NCBI RefSeq assembly: GCF_004010195.1
Contig: NC_057719.1
Location: 89,644,835-89,708,834, forward strand
Direction: 5' to 3'
Source of the DNA: Chiloscyllium plagiosum
Lineage: Eukaryota
Length of the DNA: 64,000 nt
A program made the position numbers and the translations under genes. Below, one piece after another: positions 1-14,048 of the stretch (position 1 is its first letter; every line of letters begins with the position of its first letter). The notes beneath the pieces were generated by a model. That model had not been told where the DNA came from. It saw only the letters and a program-made list of their open reading frames with translations, and made no database searches.

Positions 1-715
1 GGGGGCGGGGTTAGGCGTGGAGATCGGCGTGGGGGTGGAGACACATGCGGCGTTGTGGGCCTGTAGTTCAGTGACGTCACTGGGGGGCGGAAGTGGCTGC
101 GGCGACCGCAGAGACAGAGTTATTCCCCATAGCCGCGGAGGTCGCGAATCTGCCGGCGACTGTCTTCATGGCGATCGCGGAGGCGGTTGTCTGGGCGGCG
201 ATTGCGGAGGCGGTTGTTTGGGCGACGATCGCGGAGGCTGCGAGGTCGGTGGGGGCGGAGGTGACGTCATCGTCGGCGGCGGCGGCAGGTATTGCCGCGG
301 GCAATGTAGCGGCCGCGTGTGTAATGGCGCCAGACTGATTTCGGAGGCCGATGGAAGATTCTGGAACAGTTGAGGAACCCAGAGTGTGGGGGTAAGTACA
401 TGAAAGTTTTTGGTACTTACTGTCTTTGATTTCCGATATGGCCAGGAAGAACTGTTTGTTTAGTTTATGGATCCTTCTGTGGATGAAGAACAGTTGAGGT
501 CCTTTGCAGGTCTGTGAGAGTGTTGTACTGAGCTGGGGTAGGTCGAGTTGCAGGGAATGTAGGTAGCGGCGCATGGCTGCAAGCGTGGAGCGGAGGATCC
601 GGAGGGAGGTCTGTTGCTGGAGGCTTCGGATTTGTTGTAGGTACTGGTTGTCCTGCTCCATCAGGATGAACTCAGGGCTCTCAGCTTCGTTCTGGAAAAA
701 TGGCCTGAACTGTCC
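1..715 (-). mobile_element. Probably young Penelope-like element, N-terminal ORF region (runs off window)
   Basis: ORF 77-742 with 27-bp Ala/Thr-rich repeats, CpG retained, abutting PLE RT sequence. Family assignment is from recalled similarity. Confidence 0.55.
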
Positions 716-2266
716 CCATCCACAACCACCATCTTCCTCCACCTGGCTGAGCCCATAATCACTTTAACCAGCTTCTCCCACTTTAACTCCTCCCACCTTC
801 TTCAGATCAAAGGGGTGGCATTCAGCATGGGCCCCTATTATGCTGGTCTTTTTGTGGAACATTTCTTCTTCCCGTCCTACTCCAACCCCCACCCACAACT
901 CTTTTTCTGGAATACTAATGTCAACATCGATGCTGCCTGCCTCTCTCTTCCAGAATTAGAAAGGTCTACTAAGTTCATTTCCAATTTCCACACCATGCTC
1001 ACCTTCACCTGGTCCATCTCCGCCTCCTCCTTTCTCTTCCTTGACGTCTGTTTCCATTTCCAGAGATAGACTGGCCACCAATATCCATGACAAACCCACC
1101 AGACCCATATCCTCACACCCTGCTTCCTGAAAAGACACTATTCCATTCTTCCATTTCCTCCGCCTCCATTTCACCTGTTCTGATGATACTACAAAGGGGC
1201 CTCCAAAATGTCTACCTTTTTTCTCAACCAAGGATTCCCCACCACTGTGGTTGACAGACATCTCTTGCATTTCGGCCCTCATACCCTCTCTCCCTTCCCA
1301 CAACGATAGGATCCCTCTCATCCTCACAGAACATATAACAGTACAGCACAGCACAGGCCCTTTGGAACGCAATGTTATGCCAACCATTTATCCTACTCTA
1401 AGATCAAACTACTCTGCGTACCCTACATTTTACTATCATCTACACACCTATCCAAGAGTCACTGAAATGTCCCTAATGTATCTGACTCTACTACCACTGC
1501 TGGCAGTGTATTCCACCCACCCATCACTCTGTGTAAAGAACCTAGCTCTGACATCTCCCCTAAATCTTCCTTCAATCAATGTAAACGCATGCCCCCTTGT
1601 GATAGTAATTTCCAGTCTCTGGCTATCCACTCTACGTTTCATCATCTTGTACACCTCTATCAGGTTACCTCTCATCCTTCTTTGCAAGTAGGCGGCCTGT
1701 CAGAGAACGTTTCAGAGAACACCTCTGGGACACCCGGACCAACCAACCTAACCACCCCGTGGCTCAACACTTCAACTCCCCCTCCCACTCCACCAAGGAC
1801 ATGCAGGTCCTTGGACTCCTCCATCGCCAGACCAAAGCAACACGACGGCTGTAGGAAGAGCGCCTCATCTTCCGCCTAGGAACCCCTCCAACCACAAGGG
1901 ATGAACTCAGATTTCTCCAGTTTCCTCATTTCCCCTCCCCTCACCTTGTCTCACTCAAATCCCTCGAACTCAGCACCGCCTTCCTAACCTGCAATCTTCT
2001 TCCTGACCTCTCCGCCCCCACCCCCACTCTGGCCTATCACCCTCACCTTGACCTCCTTCCACCTATCGCATTTCCAACGCCCCTCCTCCAAGTCCCTCCT
2101 CCCTACCTTTTATCTTAGCCTACTGGACACACTTTCCTCATTCCTGAAGGGCTCATGCCCGAAATATCAATTCTCCTGTTCCTTGGATGCTGCCTGACCT
2201 GCTGTGCTTTTCCAGCAACACATTTTCAGCTCTGATCTCCAGCATCTGCAGTCCTCACTTTCTCCT
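715..2266 (+). mobile_element. Penelope-like RT fragment plus GIY-YIG 3' end/pLTR, with a CR1 3' end nested at ~1330-1685
   Basis: LQIKGVAFSMGPYYAGLFV (PLE RT motif B). 1700-2266 is homologous to the GIY-YIG element at 18460-19110. Confidence 0.8.
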
Positions 2267-2574
2267 TTACAAAGTTGCAGCATTATCTAACAATTCTTAA
2301 CTCAATCCCCGTGCACACCATATACATTCTGGGTGGCAACTTTGAACAATTTAAGGACATGGACCCTTAGATCCCTCTGTTCCTCCACTCTGCCAAGAAG
2401 AGTGGAGGAACTTTAACCCTGTATTCTGCATTCAGCATTCAAATCAACCTTCCAAAATGAATGACTTCACATTTTTCCAGGTTGAACTCCATCTGCCACT
2501 TATCAGACCAACTCTGCACCCTGTCAATGTCTGTTGCAACCTACAACACCCCTCCACACTATCCACAACTTCAC

Positions 2575-2960
2575 CAACCTCACTTGCACAGCACCTTCCT
2601 ATGCAATCTTAGAAGTGTAACATCTGCCAATTTATTTCATTCCTCCCCACTATCCAGCCTCACCTTCCAGGTGAAGCAGTTTACCTGCACTTCACTCAAT
2701 CTAGTCTACTTTATACATTGCTAACGATATGGTATCCTGTACACTGGGAGAGAAAAAGTGCAGGCTTTACAGAAACACCTACATTCTGTTTGCAAAAATG
2801 ACCGAGCTTCTGGTTGGTCCTGGCCAACATCTGTCTCTAACTTGCTGCAGTGCTCCAGTGAAGCTCAGCACAAACTGGAAGAAAAAGACCCATTTTCAAC
2901 TTTGGATCCCATGCGTCCTTCTGGACACAGCATTGAGTTCAATTATTTTACAGCCTGAAC
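2575..2960 (+). mobile_element. Old Penelope-like GIY-YIG fragment
   Basis: TFQVKQFTCTSLNLVYFIHC followed by a degenerate YTGE motif. Confidence 0.65.
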
Positions 2961-3240
2961 AACATCCCCCATGTCCTTACCCCAACCCGCACACAACAGA
3001 CGCTATCATCACATGGACTGCTATCACAAACAACCCCATTTTCAGCTACTACAGGTCCCCATTAGGAGCTACTACAGGTCCCCATTCTCCCAGGCTGAAC
3101 TTAACTCACTGACCCTTACTTTTACTACCTGCTTAAAATTAGCCATGGATTTCGAGTACCTTCTATCCGATAATGTTATCGCATCTTTACAGATCTCATA
3201 CAAACTTTTCTTTCAAAACAAAAACTACAGGTCTAACAAC

Positions 3241-3395
3241 CTTAGCTTTAGCATCCTCTTCCAACTTCTTCAATCGCTTTTCCTCCATTTCCGTTTTCCT
3301 AATTGATTCCCAAGTAAGAGGGTTACAGTTATTGTGTCCAGGTAACAGCCTAAAGTATCTGTCCTTTTTGCGATCATAGTAAAATCCAGGCAACT
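3241..3395 (-). CDS. DCAF4: DCAF4 (DDB1- and CUL4-associated factor 4 / WDR21) internal coding exon
   Basis: Encodes (E)LPGFYYDRKKDRYFRLLPGHNNCNPLTWESIRKTEMEEKRLKKLEEDAKAK, matching the recalled DCAF4 N-terminal motif ELPGFYFDPEKKRYFRLLPGHNNCNPLT. Acceptor ttgtttcttcccccAG ends at 3396; donor AAG|GTtgtt at 3240. Confidence 0.92.
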
Positions 3396-5479
3396 CTGGG
3401 GGAAGAAACAAGGTAAAATCCCGATTACTTAATCGCATGGACTATTCCACTTTGACATACAAACCTGCTTTTTTAATATTTCCAATCTCCACTGTGGTGA
3501 GGCCCTGAAAAGAAAGTTTGTTGGTCTCAAGGGGATCATTGAAGAAATGGAAAATTGAGACTATTAACAAACCCTGTTACAAAGATTAAGGACCTTCTGT
3601 TTTGCAAATAAAGCACAAAGTACAAAAGGAAATTAAGTTATGTTATGAATCACTGATAAATTCATGGCTAGACATCACATCCAGCTCTGGACACTACAGT
3701 TTAGGAAGACTGTCCAGGACAGAGTGAATTTACTCGAATGGAATAAGGGTGAGGGGTTTGGTTAAGTAGAAAGCCTGGAGAAGCAGAGGTCATTTTTTGG
3801 TGATTCCAAGTCACTGTCTGTGTGAAGTATGTACATTCTCCGTGTCTGCGTGCATTTCCTCCGGATGCTCAGATTTCCTCGCAGTCTGGCAATACTAAAT
3901 TGCCCATAATGTTCAGGGATGTGGAAGCTAGGTGGATTAGCAATGGGAAATCCAGGGTTGGATGAGGGGCTGGATGGGATGCTGTTTGGAGACTTGGTGC
4001 AAACTTGATGGGATGAATGGCCTGCTTCCACAAAGTAGGGATTCAATGACTCGCCTTAGAAGCTTAGAGCCTGTGATCAGCTGATCATTCTGGCTTTTCA
4101 GCTTCACTCTGTGTGTGACCGGTTAAAAAAAACTTGCCCAAACTGAACAACCTGGAATTATCTTACCATTCTCTTTGTATAAAAATTCTGTGCCTGTGTG
4201 CTTCCCTCACTGCACTTAATGAAGAAGCAGCACTCCGAAAGCGTGTGAATTCAAATAAACCTGTTGGACTATAACCTGGTATCGGGTGACTTCTGACATT
4301 GTCTACCCCAGATCAACACTGGCATCTCATTGTAAAATTGAGGTATTAGTCACTCCACCATTGCTTGTCATTCCTTCAATTACAAAGGACTGAAGCTCTG
4401 AAACTCCCTCTCCAATTAAATCCTCCTTCTCTCTATTTCACTTCTATCTTTTAGACAATCTTTAAAATCTTTGACCAAGAGGTTTGATCATCTAACCAAA
4501 TATCTCGTGGTTGTCACATTTTTCATAGAAACATAGAAAATAGGAACAGAAGCACGTCATGCGGGCTTCGAGCCTGCTTCGCCATTTCAATATGATCATG
4601 GCTGATCATCCAACTCAGTACCTGGTTCCTGCTTTCTCTCCATACCCCTTGAACTGTATCTAACTCTTTCTTGAATGAATTCAATGCTTTGGCCTCAACT
4701 GCTTTTTGTAGTAGACAATTCAGGTTCACTCAGTCGGAGTGAAGAAGCTTCTCATCTCAGTCTGAGAAAGCGTAACCTGTATCATCATTAGAGTGACTCC
4801 TGGTTCTGAAAATGGCAGTATTGGGAACATTCTTCCTGCATTCAAGCAGAGAAGGAAAACAGGAGATTCCAAAATCATGAGCGGTTTTAATAAAATAAAT
4901 AAGAAGAAATTGTTTTCGAGGACAAAAGGGTCAGTAACCAAAGGCTTTATGACTACTGGCAAAAGTACCAGGAGACGGTGGGGAGGGGGGTGGAGCTGAT
5001 GTGTTCTGGAATGTATTGTCAGAAGGATGCTGGAAACAAATTCTGTTCTAATTCATTTCCATTATTAAAAAATGTATGTAGCAGCTATTCAGAATTCTGC
5101 CATTTGCATTTCCTTTTGACCCATTTTCCTTATCACATTAGCATTCCTTTGAGCTTTGCATCACGATATTGCTTATCCTCCAACTTATCACAGACTTTCC
5201 CCACGTGCTCTTGCTAGTCTCCATGGTCATTTCTAATCTGTGCTTCATCTGGTCACAGGTCTGGATCATTACCTGTTTCTTTCTCCATAGACACTGCAGC
5301 AATTAGTTTTATTTTAGGTTTCTAGCATCTGCAGTAATTTTCTCCAATGCTCTGTATTCACTATTCTATACAGTGATTGATGCAGGTTCAGTCACATTTT
5401 TTTCCAAATGGGATTGAATAAATACTTGATGTATGAAAAAAAAAGTTAAGAGCAAAGTAGAAATTAAATATTGCTCCAA

Positions 5480-8400
5480 AAACATTGTACAATTATATCA
5501 AGGGAAAGAATAAGGGAAAGATAACCAGGAAAAGAGTATGGTTTATTAGGGACCAAAGAAAAATCTGCATGTAAAAATGGGGAATGTTGGTAGAACGTTA
5601 AATGAGCAGGTCACATCTAGCTTTACTTTGAAGAAGGGAGATAAAAGTTCAGGATTCAAGAAATAATTCATGAAGTTCTTGAGCTGATTGATACAAGATG
5701 TGAGAAGATAGTAAGGGCTTTGGCAAATTTATAAAAGTGGACAAATCCCCAAGTCCAGATGAGTTGCATCCCAGGCTGAAAGACGAGGAAGGAAATAACT
5801 GGGGCTCTGACCCAAATCTTTAAATTGTCTGTGGTCACAGGGGAGGTGCCAGAGGACAGTTAATGTTGTACCACCCTTCTTATAAAGGTGGAACAGATAG
5901 ATCAGAGATCAGAAGCAGTAGGTAAACTGCTGGCTAAAATGGTGAAGGAGAAAATTAACCTCCATTTAGAGGGGAAAGATTTGATCGGGAATAGTCAGTA
6001 TGGCTTTGTCAGAGGCAGGTTCTGCCCAACGAACTTGGTGGAATGTTTCAAGGAGGTGACCAAGTGTTTAGATGAGGGTAGGGCTGTTAAGGTAGATTAT
6101 ATGGATTTCACCAAATCTTCCTCAAGATCTCCATATGGGAAACTGAAAATGAAGTTCGTGGGATCCAGGGTAACTTAGCAAGTTAAATCCAAAATTGGCT
6201 TAATTACAGGAAGCAGAGTTTGGTGGTAGAAGGCTGTTTGTGAGACTGAGGCTGGTGTGAGGAAGGTGGTGTTAGATTACAGGAGGAAATAGATAGATTG
6301 GTCAGATGGGATTTAATCCTGATAAATGGGGGACGTGCTTTGGAAGGTGGAACAAGGTAAGGGAATACACAATGAATGGCATAAAACTAGGAAGCTCAGA
6401 GGAAGAGGGATTTCGGAGTGCTTCTTCACTGATGACTGAAAAAAGCAGGGCAAGTTAACAAGTAGTTAAGAAGGTGTACAGATGCTTACATTTATCAGTT
6501 AGGGAATCGATTAGACGAGCAGGTAGATTATGTTATAGGATTTTGGTTATAACACAGTTGGAGTACTGTGCACAGTTCTAGTCTGCGTAATACCAGAAGG
6601 ATGTGATTGTACTGGAGGACATTCACCATGATGACAGCTGGAACGCAGCATTTCAGCTAAAAAGAAAGACTGGATAAGCTTGAGTTATTTTCTTTGCAGA
6701 AGAGAAGGTTGAAGGGGGAAAAGTGACAGACAGGTATCAAGTTTTGAGGGGGAGGACAGGATAGATAGAATCTACCACAGGCCCACAGATAACCTCACAA
6801 TGCTGAATTTCTCTAGCTTCCACCCTAAAAAATTAAAGAAGCCACCCCTATGGACCCAAGCCTGGTCTGTACACAGGATCTGCTCAGATGATGAGGGATG
6901 TGACAGACACCTAAACATGCTGAAAGACAGTTCATAAGAACGGCCCACAATGCTCAATTCATCAAGCACCAGTTCCAACATGTCACAGTGAGAAAATGCA
7001 ACGACATCATCAGAAGACAGACACAGGATACAAGCCCTTCGTCATCCAGTACATCCCCGGAGCAGAGAAACTATGCCATATTCTTTATAGCCTTCCACGT
7101 CATCGAAGACAAGCATCTCGCCAAGGTCATCCCTACACCTCCACTTCTTACCTTAAACAGACCATCATTCACAGCAAACTACCCAGCCTTCAGGACATCG
7201 ACCACAACACCAGACTACCCTGTCACGGCAACCTCTGTAAGACATGCCAGATCGTCAACATGAATACAACCATAACACGAAGTGACACTGTCAACCACGT
7301 AAACAGCAGATACTCATGTGACTGGACCTATGCTGTCTACCTTGCATGCTGTAGGCAAGCATGCCGCGAGGCACAGTATACTGGCAAGACCATGCAGATA
7401 TAATGACAACAGATGAATCGACACCGCACAACAATCGCCAGATAGGATTGTTCCCTCCCTCCAGGGAAGGCTCCAGTGGTCAAGGTCATTCAGCCTCTGA
7501 TTTTCAGGTAAGCATCCCCCAAGGTGTCCTTCGAGGTACATGGAACAACATGGAATCGCCAAACAGAAACTGATAGCCAAGTTCCATATCCATGAAGACG
7601 GCCTCAATTGTGATCTTTGGTTCTTGTCGTGCTACATATGACCCCCCCACCATACTGTTCTGTATCTGTAAAATCTTCCTTACCATTTTGTTTTAACATC
7701 ATCACCTTCATAACTTGTTATGAACTAGACCTTAATTTGTTTGTACAGTTTTGGATGACTTGCTATTTTGGTTAAACCCTTCGCATGTGACTCTTATACC
7801 TATCATGTTATTCCAATCATTTGGTTCATTTCTAGAACCAGCAGGATTTTAATTTTTTTTGCAATATCTCTCTGCCTCAATTAGTGGGATTATAGGTCAT
7901 CCCTTCATCTACTATTCAGCTCTTGATTAATTACACCATCTGGCACTCTCCATCACCTGAAGAGATCTTTTATTTGGCCTGTCAACTCACCACTCACACC
8001 ATTTGTATGATCTTTTAATCTCCCTGACTATAAATTCTGTGCCTGAGTGCTTCGCATCACTTCACATGACAAAGGGGCAGCTTGTGATTTCAAATAAACC
8101 TGTTGGATTATGGTTTGGTATCATGTGACTTCTGATCCCGTCCACCCCAGTTTAACACCAACACCTCCACATGACAGTGAATAGAAAGCAGCTGTTCCCC
8201 TTACTCGAAGGATCAATAACAAGGGGGCATAATTTTCAAGTGAATATGAGGAGGTTTAGTGGGGAATTGAGGAAAAGAGTTTTCATCCAGAAGATGATAA
8301 GGTCTGGAATGCACCAACTGGAAGGTAGTTGAGGAGAGAAACTTCACAATCTTAAAAAAAGTACCTGGATGAGCACATTAAGTATCAAAACATTCAAGCT

Positions 8401-9920
8401 ATAGGTCTCGTGGGACAAGCATGAGTAGTAGTGTACTTTTGGCTATTCAGACTGGATGGGCTGAAGGGCATCTTCTGAACTGTATGATTCTACAATTGGT
8501 AAAACAAGATGAGAAGGTGAAGCTTTTTGACTTGCACCCATCAGAACTGGGGATATGAGAGATTTGCAATAAAAGACACTACTCTGTATAACATGAGAAG
8601 TTACTGATTTGTTGGGAGATCATTGGCATGAAGATACAGCAAAAACAAGTATTAACCTTCATTCACAGACCAGGCAAGTACACTTTGATTGGTTACCATC
8701 AGGATACAGCAGGTTTTCACTGTTTCCATTGTCCCCGTTTTTTGAAAAAGGTGCAATGTGTATGCAAAATTAATTTTGCCTACATTAACCAGACTCCTGA
8801 GTGTGTATATATGTAGATTCTAAAACATGTAAAGGTCACTGTGGACTCAGCTGATGATTTTAAATAAGTTTTCTGTGGAACTCTTAGCATAGTCTGGATT
8901 ATTTAACAAATAGTTTCTAATTGGAAATTGCACAATCACATCTCAAAGTGGACATACAGAAGCTTGCAAGTATGGGCTTAGCTTCAACTTCTAGTTCCTA
9001 GGAAGCGGAAGGGTGATTCAGTAAGTTTGCTGATGACACAAAGTTTGGTGGAGTGATGGATAGTGTGGAGGGCTGTTGTAGGTTGCAATGGCATATTGAC
9101 AGGATGCAGAACTGGGCTGATAAGTGGCAGATGGAGTTCAACCTGGAAAAGTGTGAAGTCATTCACTTTGGAAAATCGATTTGAATGCAGAATGCAGGGA
9201 TAAAGGCAGGATTCTTGGCAGTGTGGAGGAACAGGGGGATTTTGGGATCCATGTCCATAGCTCCCTCAAAGTTGCCACCCATGTTGATAGGGTTGTTAAG
9301 AAGCTGTATGGTGTGTTGGCCTTCATTAGCAAGGGATTGAGTTTAAGAGCCACGATGTTATGATGCAGCTCTATACAGCCCTAGTTAGACCACACTTGGA
9401 ATATGGTGTTCAGTTCTTGTCGCCTCATTATAGGAAGGATGTGGAAGCTTTAGAGAGGGTGCAAAGGCGATTTACCAGGAAGCTGTTTGGACTGGAGGGC
9501 ATGTCTTATGAAGAAAGGTTGAGGTAGCTCGGGCTTTTCTCATTGGAGCAAAGAAGAATGACAGGTGACTTGATAAAGGTGTACAAGATATTGAGAGGCA
9601 TAGATAGAGTGGATAGCCAGAGACTTTTTCCCCTGACTGAAATGTCAGGGGGCACAGTTTTAAGGTAATTGGAGGAAGGTTTACAGGCAATGTCAGAGGT
9701 AGGTTCTTTACTCAGAGGGTGGTGGCTACGTTGAATGCACCGTCAGTGGTGGCAGTAGAGTCAGATACATTAGAGACATTTAAGCAACTCTTGGATAGGT
9801 ACAGGAAAAATTGTACAATGAAGGGTATGCAGGTCTGTCTGATCTTAGAGTAGGATAAAAGGTTGGCATTACATCAAAGGCCGAAGCGCCTGTACTGTGT
9901 TGTACTGTTCTACATTCTAC
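5480..9920 (+). mobile_element. Decayed CR1 fragments (5480-6770, 8175-8500, 9005-9920)
   Basis: SQYGFVRGR..VDYMDF RT motifs and CR1 3' ends. Confidence 0.8.
6770..8170 (+). mobile_element. Degenerate Penelope-like element (family B) inserted in CR1
   Basis: CKTCQI..YSCDWTYAVYLACCRQACREAQYTGKT GIY-YIG region. The 3' end is homologous to 61560-61680. Confidence 0.8.
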
Positions 9921-10186
9921 GTTTAGCAAACATGTGGAACTAAACGCCAGCACATGATGCTAGGTCACCCATATTACAACAGTGTCACTGCTTATAAGCT
10001 ATTTTGAATTATCCTTTGCTGTGAAGGGCACCATCTCATGCAAGACTTTTATTTAAAGTAAGGAAGTTTCTAGAATACATTCATGCACTGCATAATATAT
10101 TACATTACTACCTGGATCTTGGAAATTATTCAGCAATTCAGAATGCCAGTTTAGAAAGCATAACCAAAAGAAAGGAATGAAATATC

Positions 10187-10538
10187 AGAATAGAATAGAA
10201 TAGAATCCCTAAAGTGTGGAAACACACCCTTCAGCCAACAAGTCCATACTGGCCCCCTGAGGAGTAACCCACCCAGACCCATTCCCCTACCTATTACGCT
10301 ACATTTACACCTGACTAATGCACCTAACCTACACATCCCTGAACACTAAGGGCAATTTAGCATGGCCAATTCACCTAACCTGCACATCTTTGGATTGTGG
10401 GAGGAAACCGGAGCACCTGGAGGAAACCCACACAGTAATGGTGAAAATGTGCAAACTCCACAACTGTCGCCTGAGGCTGGAATCGAACCCGGTCCCTGGC
10501 GCTGTGAGGCAGCAGTGCTCACTACTGAGCCACCATGC
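10187..10538 (-). mobile_element. HE1-type V-SINE
   Basis: tRNA-like head, V-domain, CR1-like tail with (TTCTA)n. Confidence 0.9.
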
Positions 10539-11034
10539 AGTCAAATATCAGTCAGAGGTTGTGCCTGGAGGATGTAAATTTTGTAAATTAGGTTCCTATT
10601 TGTAAATGCACACTTTCAACAAGCATCCCAAATTTGTTTTCTTCCCCTACCACCAACTTGCCCCACAGTTATTTACAACCTATCGATAATTTCTCTCCAT
10701 AAAATAACCCCAGTGTTTCCTGTGGTACAGTTCTACCTCTGGACCAGAAGGTCTACAATCAAATCCCAACTATTTGAACAGGTTAATTAGAAATTATTTT
10801 ACATAATGCTGTGCCAAACCTCAACACAGCAGCAGAATGCCAACAATTCACTTGAATCCATCCAAGGCTTTCCTCAAGCCAGTTGTATCCAGAGAAGAGT
10901 TGTCCTCTATAAATAAGAAAACATCCCAAGCTTGATTTGTTCTGCTCTAAGTGCAGCAATTATGGAGTGACAGTGGGTCTGAATATAAGGGTTTGCGGTT
11001 CATGTGTTTTACAATATAACTGTTAGTATTTTCT

Positions 11035-11256
11035 AGGAGAAAGTGAGTGAGGACTGCAGATGCTGGAGATCAGAGCTGAAAAAGTGTTGCTGGAAAAGCG
11101 CAGGTCAGGCAGCATCCAAGGAGCAGGAGAATCGATGTTTCGGGCATGAGCCCTTCTTCTTCTTTCCTGAAGAAGGTCTCATGCCCGAAACGTCGATTCT
11201 CCTGCTCCTTGGATGCTGCCTGACCTGCTGCACTTTTCCAGCAACATATTTTCAGC
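11035..11256. mobile_element. PLE family-A short hairpin insertion
   Basis: Head-to-head inverted pLTR arms; flanking direct repeat TGTTAGTATTT (11021-31, 11260-70). Confidence 0.85.
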
Positions 11257-12774
11257 AAGTGTTAGTATTTGGAATGTAACTCTTAGGTTGTAGAGTTTAA
11301 TGTAGATAAATGCATGCATCAAGTTAAGAAATTAATAAGCAACTCTGGGAGTGAATCAATTCTAGAAAGCTTGCAGTTTGATTTACTTAAATAATTAGAG
11401 TCACGTTAATTTGGAGATTAACAGTGGAAAGGTAATGGAAACTCAAAACAGAAGTCATAATATCTGCATAACATCTTATTTCATTAAGGACAGTTCAAGA
11501 GCCAGTTTTGTTTTGGGAGTTTTGAAAGTGCAAGGAATGCCTGGTAGAGGTCATTTGTAATGAAAAATAATTGGTTTCATTACTGATCTCTATGCAGGCT
11601 GATTTGAAATGTTCCATAACCTATGAAGCAATGATCAAGCTAAATCAATAATCCTGTATGCCAGTCTTGTAAATTCAAAGTTAAAAGGAGCAAAGTCACA
11701 AAGTGAAATCATTTGTGAACCTCACCTGCCCTCGGGTTAATAATGACAACGTCGTCAGACTTGCAGAGATAAGTCACGTGAACCACCATCTACAAAGTTC
11801 CCCCTTTCCCCTCTCCAAGTCACTCATCATCCCAACTTGGAAACATATCGCTGTTCCTCCACTGTTGCTGGGTCATAATTCTGGAATTCCCTCCCTAACG
11901 GCATTGTGGGTCAACCTACAGCAAGTGGACAACAGCGTTTCAAGAAGGTAGCTCACCAACACCTTCTCAAGGACAACTAGGTACAGACAATAATAGCCAA
12001 CGATGCCCACGTGAAGAAGATTTTTTGAGATGTACAAAATTATGAGGTACATAGGTCAGATTGAAATTAATTTTTGCCCTTAGGTTAGTTACCATAAGGC
12101 ACAGATTTAAGCTTAGGGACAGGAGGTTTAAGAGGATTTAAAGAGAAATCCTTTTACCAGAGGGTGATGGTATCTGGAACTCAATGCCTGAAAGGACGTA
12201 GAGGCAGGAGCCATCATAATATTAAAGAACTTTTTAGATGAACACTTAAAACTTCATAGAATGGGATTAGTGTAGACAGATGCTTAATGACTGGCACTGA
12301 CATAATGGGCTGAAGGGCCTCTTTCCACACTGTGATACCTAATGTCTCTGACCAGACTTCAGGTCATCTATCCCAACATTATTCCAAGTGGTTCAGTGAC
12401 AATTCTTTTCTTTATAATGCTCTTCCTGTATATTGCAATTATACAAAGCAATTTATGTATAAGGCGCGGGTGTGGACTGCCAGGGTCCTGTTCAAGGTAC
12501 AATTCTCAAAGTATTGTGAAATTAGCCCTTACTCCTTCCTGTGTATTATGTCAAAGTACTTTCCAATTTTAGTTAATCAAGGAGACATAGCAAATGAGAT
12601 TTCCCCATGGGGCCAGAAAATGGATGTCCTGTTTCAGCAGATCCTTCTATCACTATGCCAAGGGCATTATTCACAGGTTGTACACTGGAACACATTACTG
12701 GCTACTCCTTTTCAGTTATCTAAACATTCAGTACTTTAGCTCTTTTTTCTCACTCATGTGTATCTTATATCGCT

Positions 12775-13356
12775 TGTGAAGTGGGAGATGGCACAGGGTA
12801 GAGTGACACCAGGCACACAGACACACAAGATGGCCACTGAGAATACACATGAGTCGCGTACACTGCCTGCCGAAGTATCTGGGTCCAGCTAACATCTTTG
12901 ATAGAAATGCTAACAGCTTGATATGGACTCAATACAAAGTGCTAATAGCTAGCACTGCAGTAATCGTCTTTCTTAGGAAGAGCAATTAGCACCCATTTCT
13001 ACAGTAATGGACTTCTGCACAGATACTGAAATTGACAATGTCTGTGCTGAAACTGAATGACCAGGCTGAAATTAACAAGGGCTGTGCTGGAACTGAATGA
13101 CTGCACTGAAACGATCAACGATTCTGCAATGTTTACAATAAACAAACTCTGTTACAAAGACAATAACCTCTTCACTGACCTATTATATTACAAAATGTAT
13201 GAAAGTATCTTGACATGGGCTCCAGGTTAAGAGAAGACTCACAGCTGACCACTGTGCTGTTGGTGTCTCTCTCCCCAGAGCTCCGGTATTTCCCTGTGCA
13301 ATAAACTCTGTTGTTGAACCCCGATTCTGACTCCGAGACTGGTGATTTTCCCCACA
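12775..13356 (+). mobile_element. Probable solo LTR
   Basis: TGTG...CACA ends, internal short direct repeats, AATAAA about 55 nt from the end. No clear TSD. Confidence 0.45.
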
Positions 13357-13667
13357 ACCCTTGGCACAGTGTTTTTCTTTTAATATAACAAATGATGTTT
13401 AATAATCAGGATTATCTAAAGTGATCTGAAGTAATGCCCCAGACCTAATGGAATGAGAGAACAGGTAATGGATAAATTAATAAAGAGTCAACTGGATTTA
13501 AATTAGTTGTATAAATGAGAGCTAGTTGTCAGTGTGGTGAGAGTTTTCTAGACATGGCTAACTGAAACAAAGATCTCAAATATAGGTCCGGATCTGGACT
13601 CAGTTTGAATACTGTTTTCTTTTGCAGTGTAATAAAGCACAATGTTGCCAAACATGGAAATACTCAC

Positions 13668-13771
13668 CTGGCACATCAGTCGACACGGAGGCACTGCTTG
13701 TTGATTCAGTTGCTGAACTATTCTGTTCACTTAAACCACTTACAGATGCATGAGGATCAGATCTCTGGTTC
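13668..13771 (-). CDS. DCAF4: DCAF4 upstream coding exon (Ser/Thr-rich N-terminus)
   Basis: Acceptor tttgtttAG and consensus donor CAG|GTGAGTA. Open frame NQRSDPHASVSGLSEQNSSATESTSSASVSTDVP ends in phase 1 and joins 3395 in frame (DVP|ELPGF; human SVP|ELPGF). Confidence 0.85.
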
Positions 13772-14048
13772 CTAAACAAATTATAACAAATTTAGGAAAT
13801 TAAATATTAAGAGACATGTCTTTACAGAATTATTTCAAAAATCTGCAAACTGCAACTACATTAACATATTAAACAAATGCTTAAACTGAAAATAGACAAC
13901 AGTCTCTACAAATAGCCTTCCTTCAAGAAAATACTAACTTGATAGGTTAAAGAATAGCTATATCATAAGTTTCCTAATCCAAAAATATTTGGATACTTGG
14001 ATTTAGGCACTTTAGAGCCTCATTTATAAGTTTTTTTTTAATAAGTTA

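Noticed and set aside
170..250. CRISPR-like repeat array
   Set aside because: Direct tandem units without unique spacers, in eukaryotic DNA.
3196..3438. Stand-alone 80-aa gene
   Set aside because: Only 3241-3395 is exonic; the flanking residues are intron read-through.
8500..8960. Possible exon or unidentified repeat
   Set aside because: No recognisable homology, termini or convincing splice pair.
11043..11279. Recurrent self-mirroring ORFs CCWKSAAGQAASKEQEN / MPETSILLLLGCCLTCC
   Set aside because: Translations of the inverted PLE pLTR arms.
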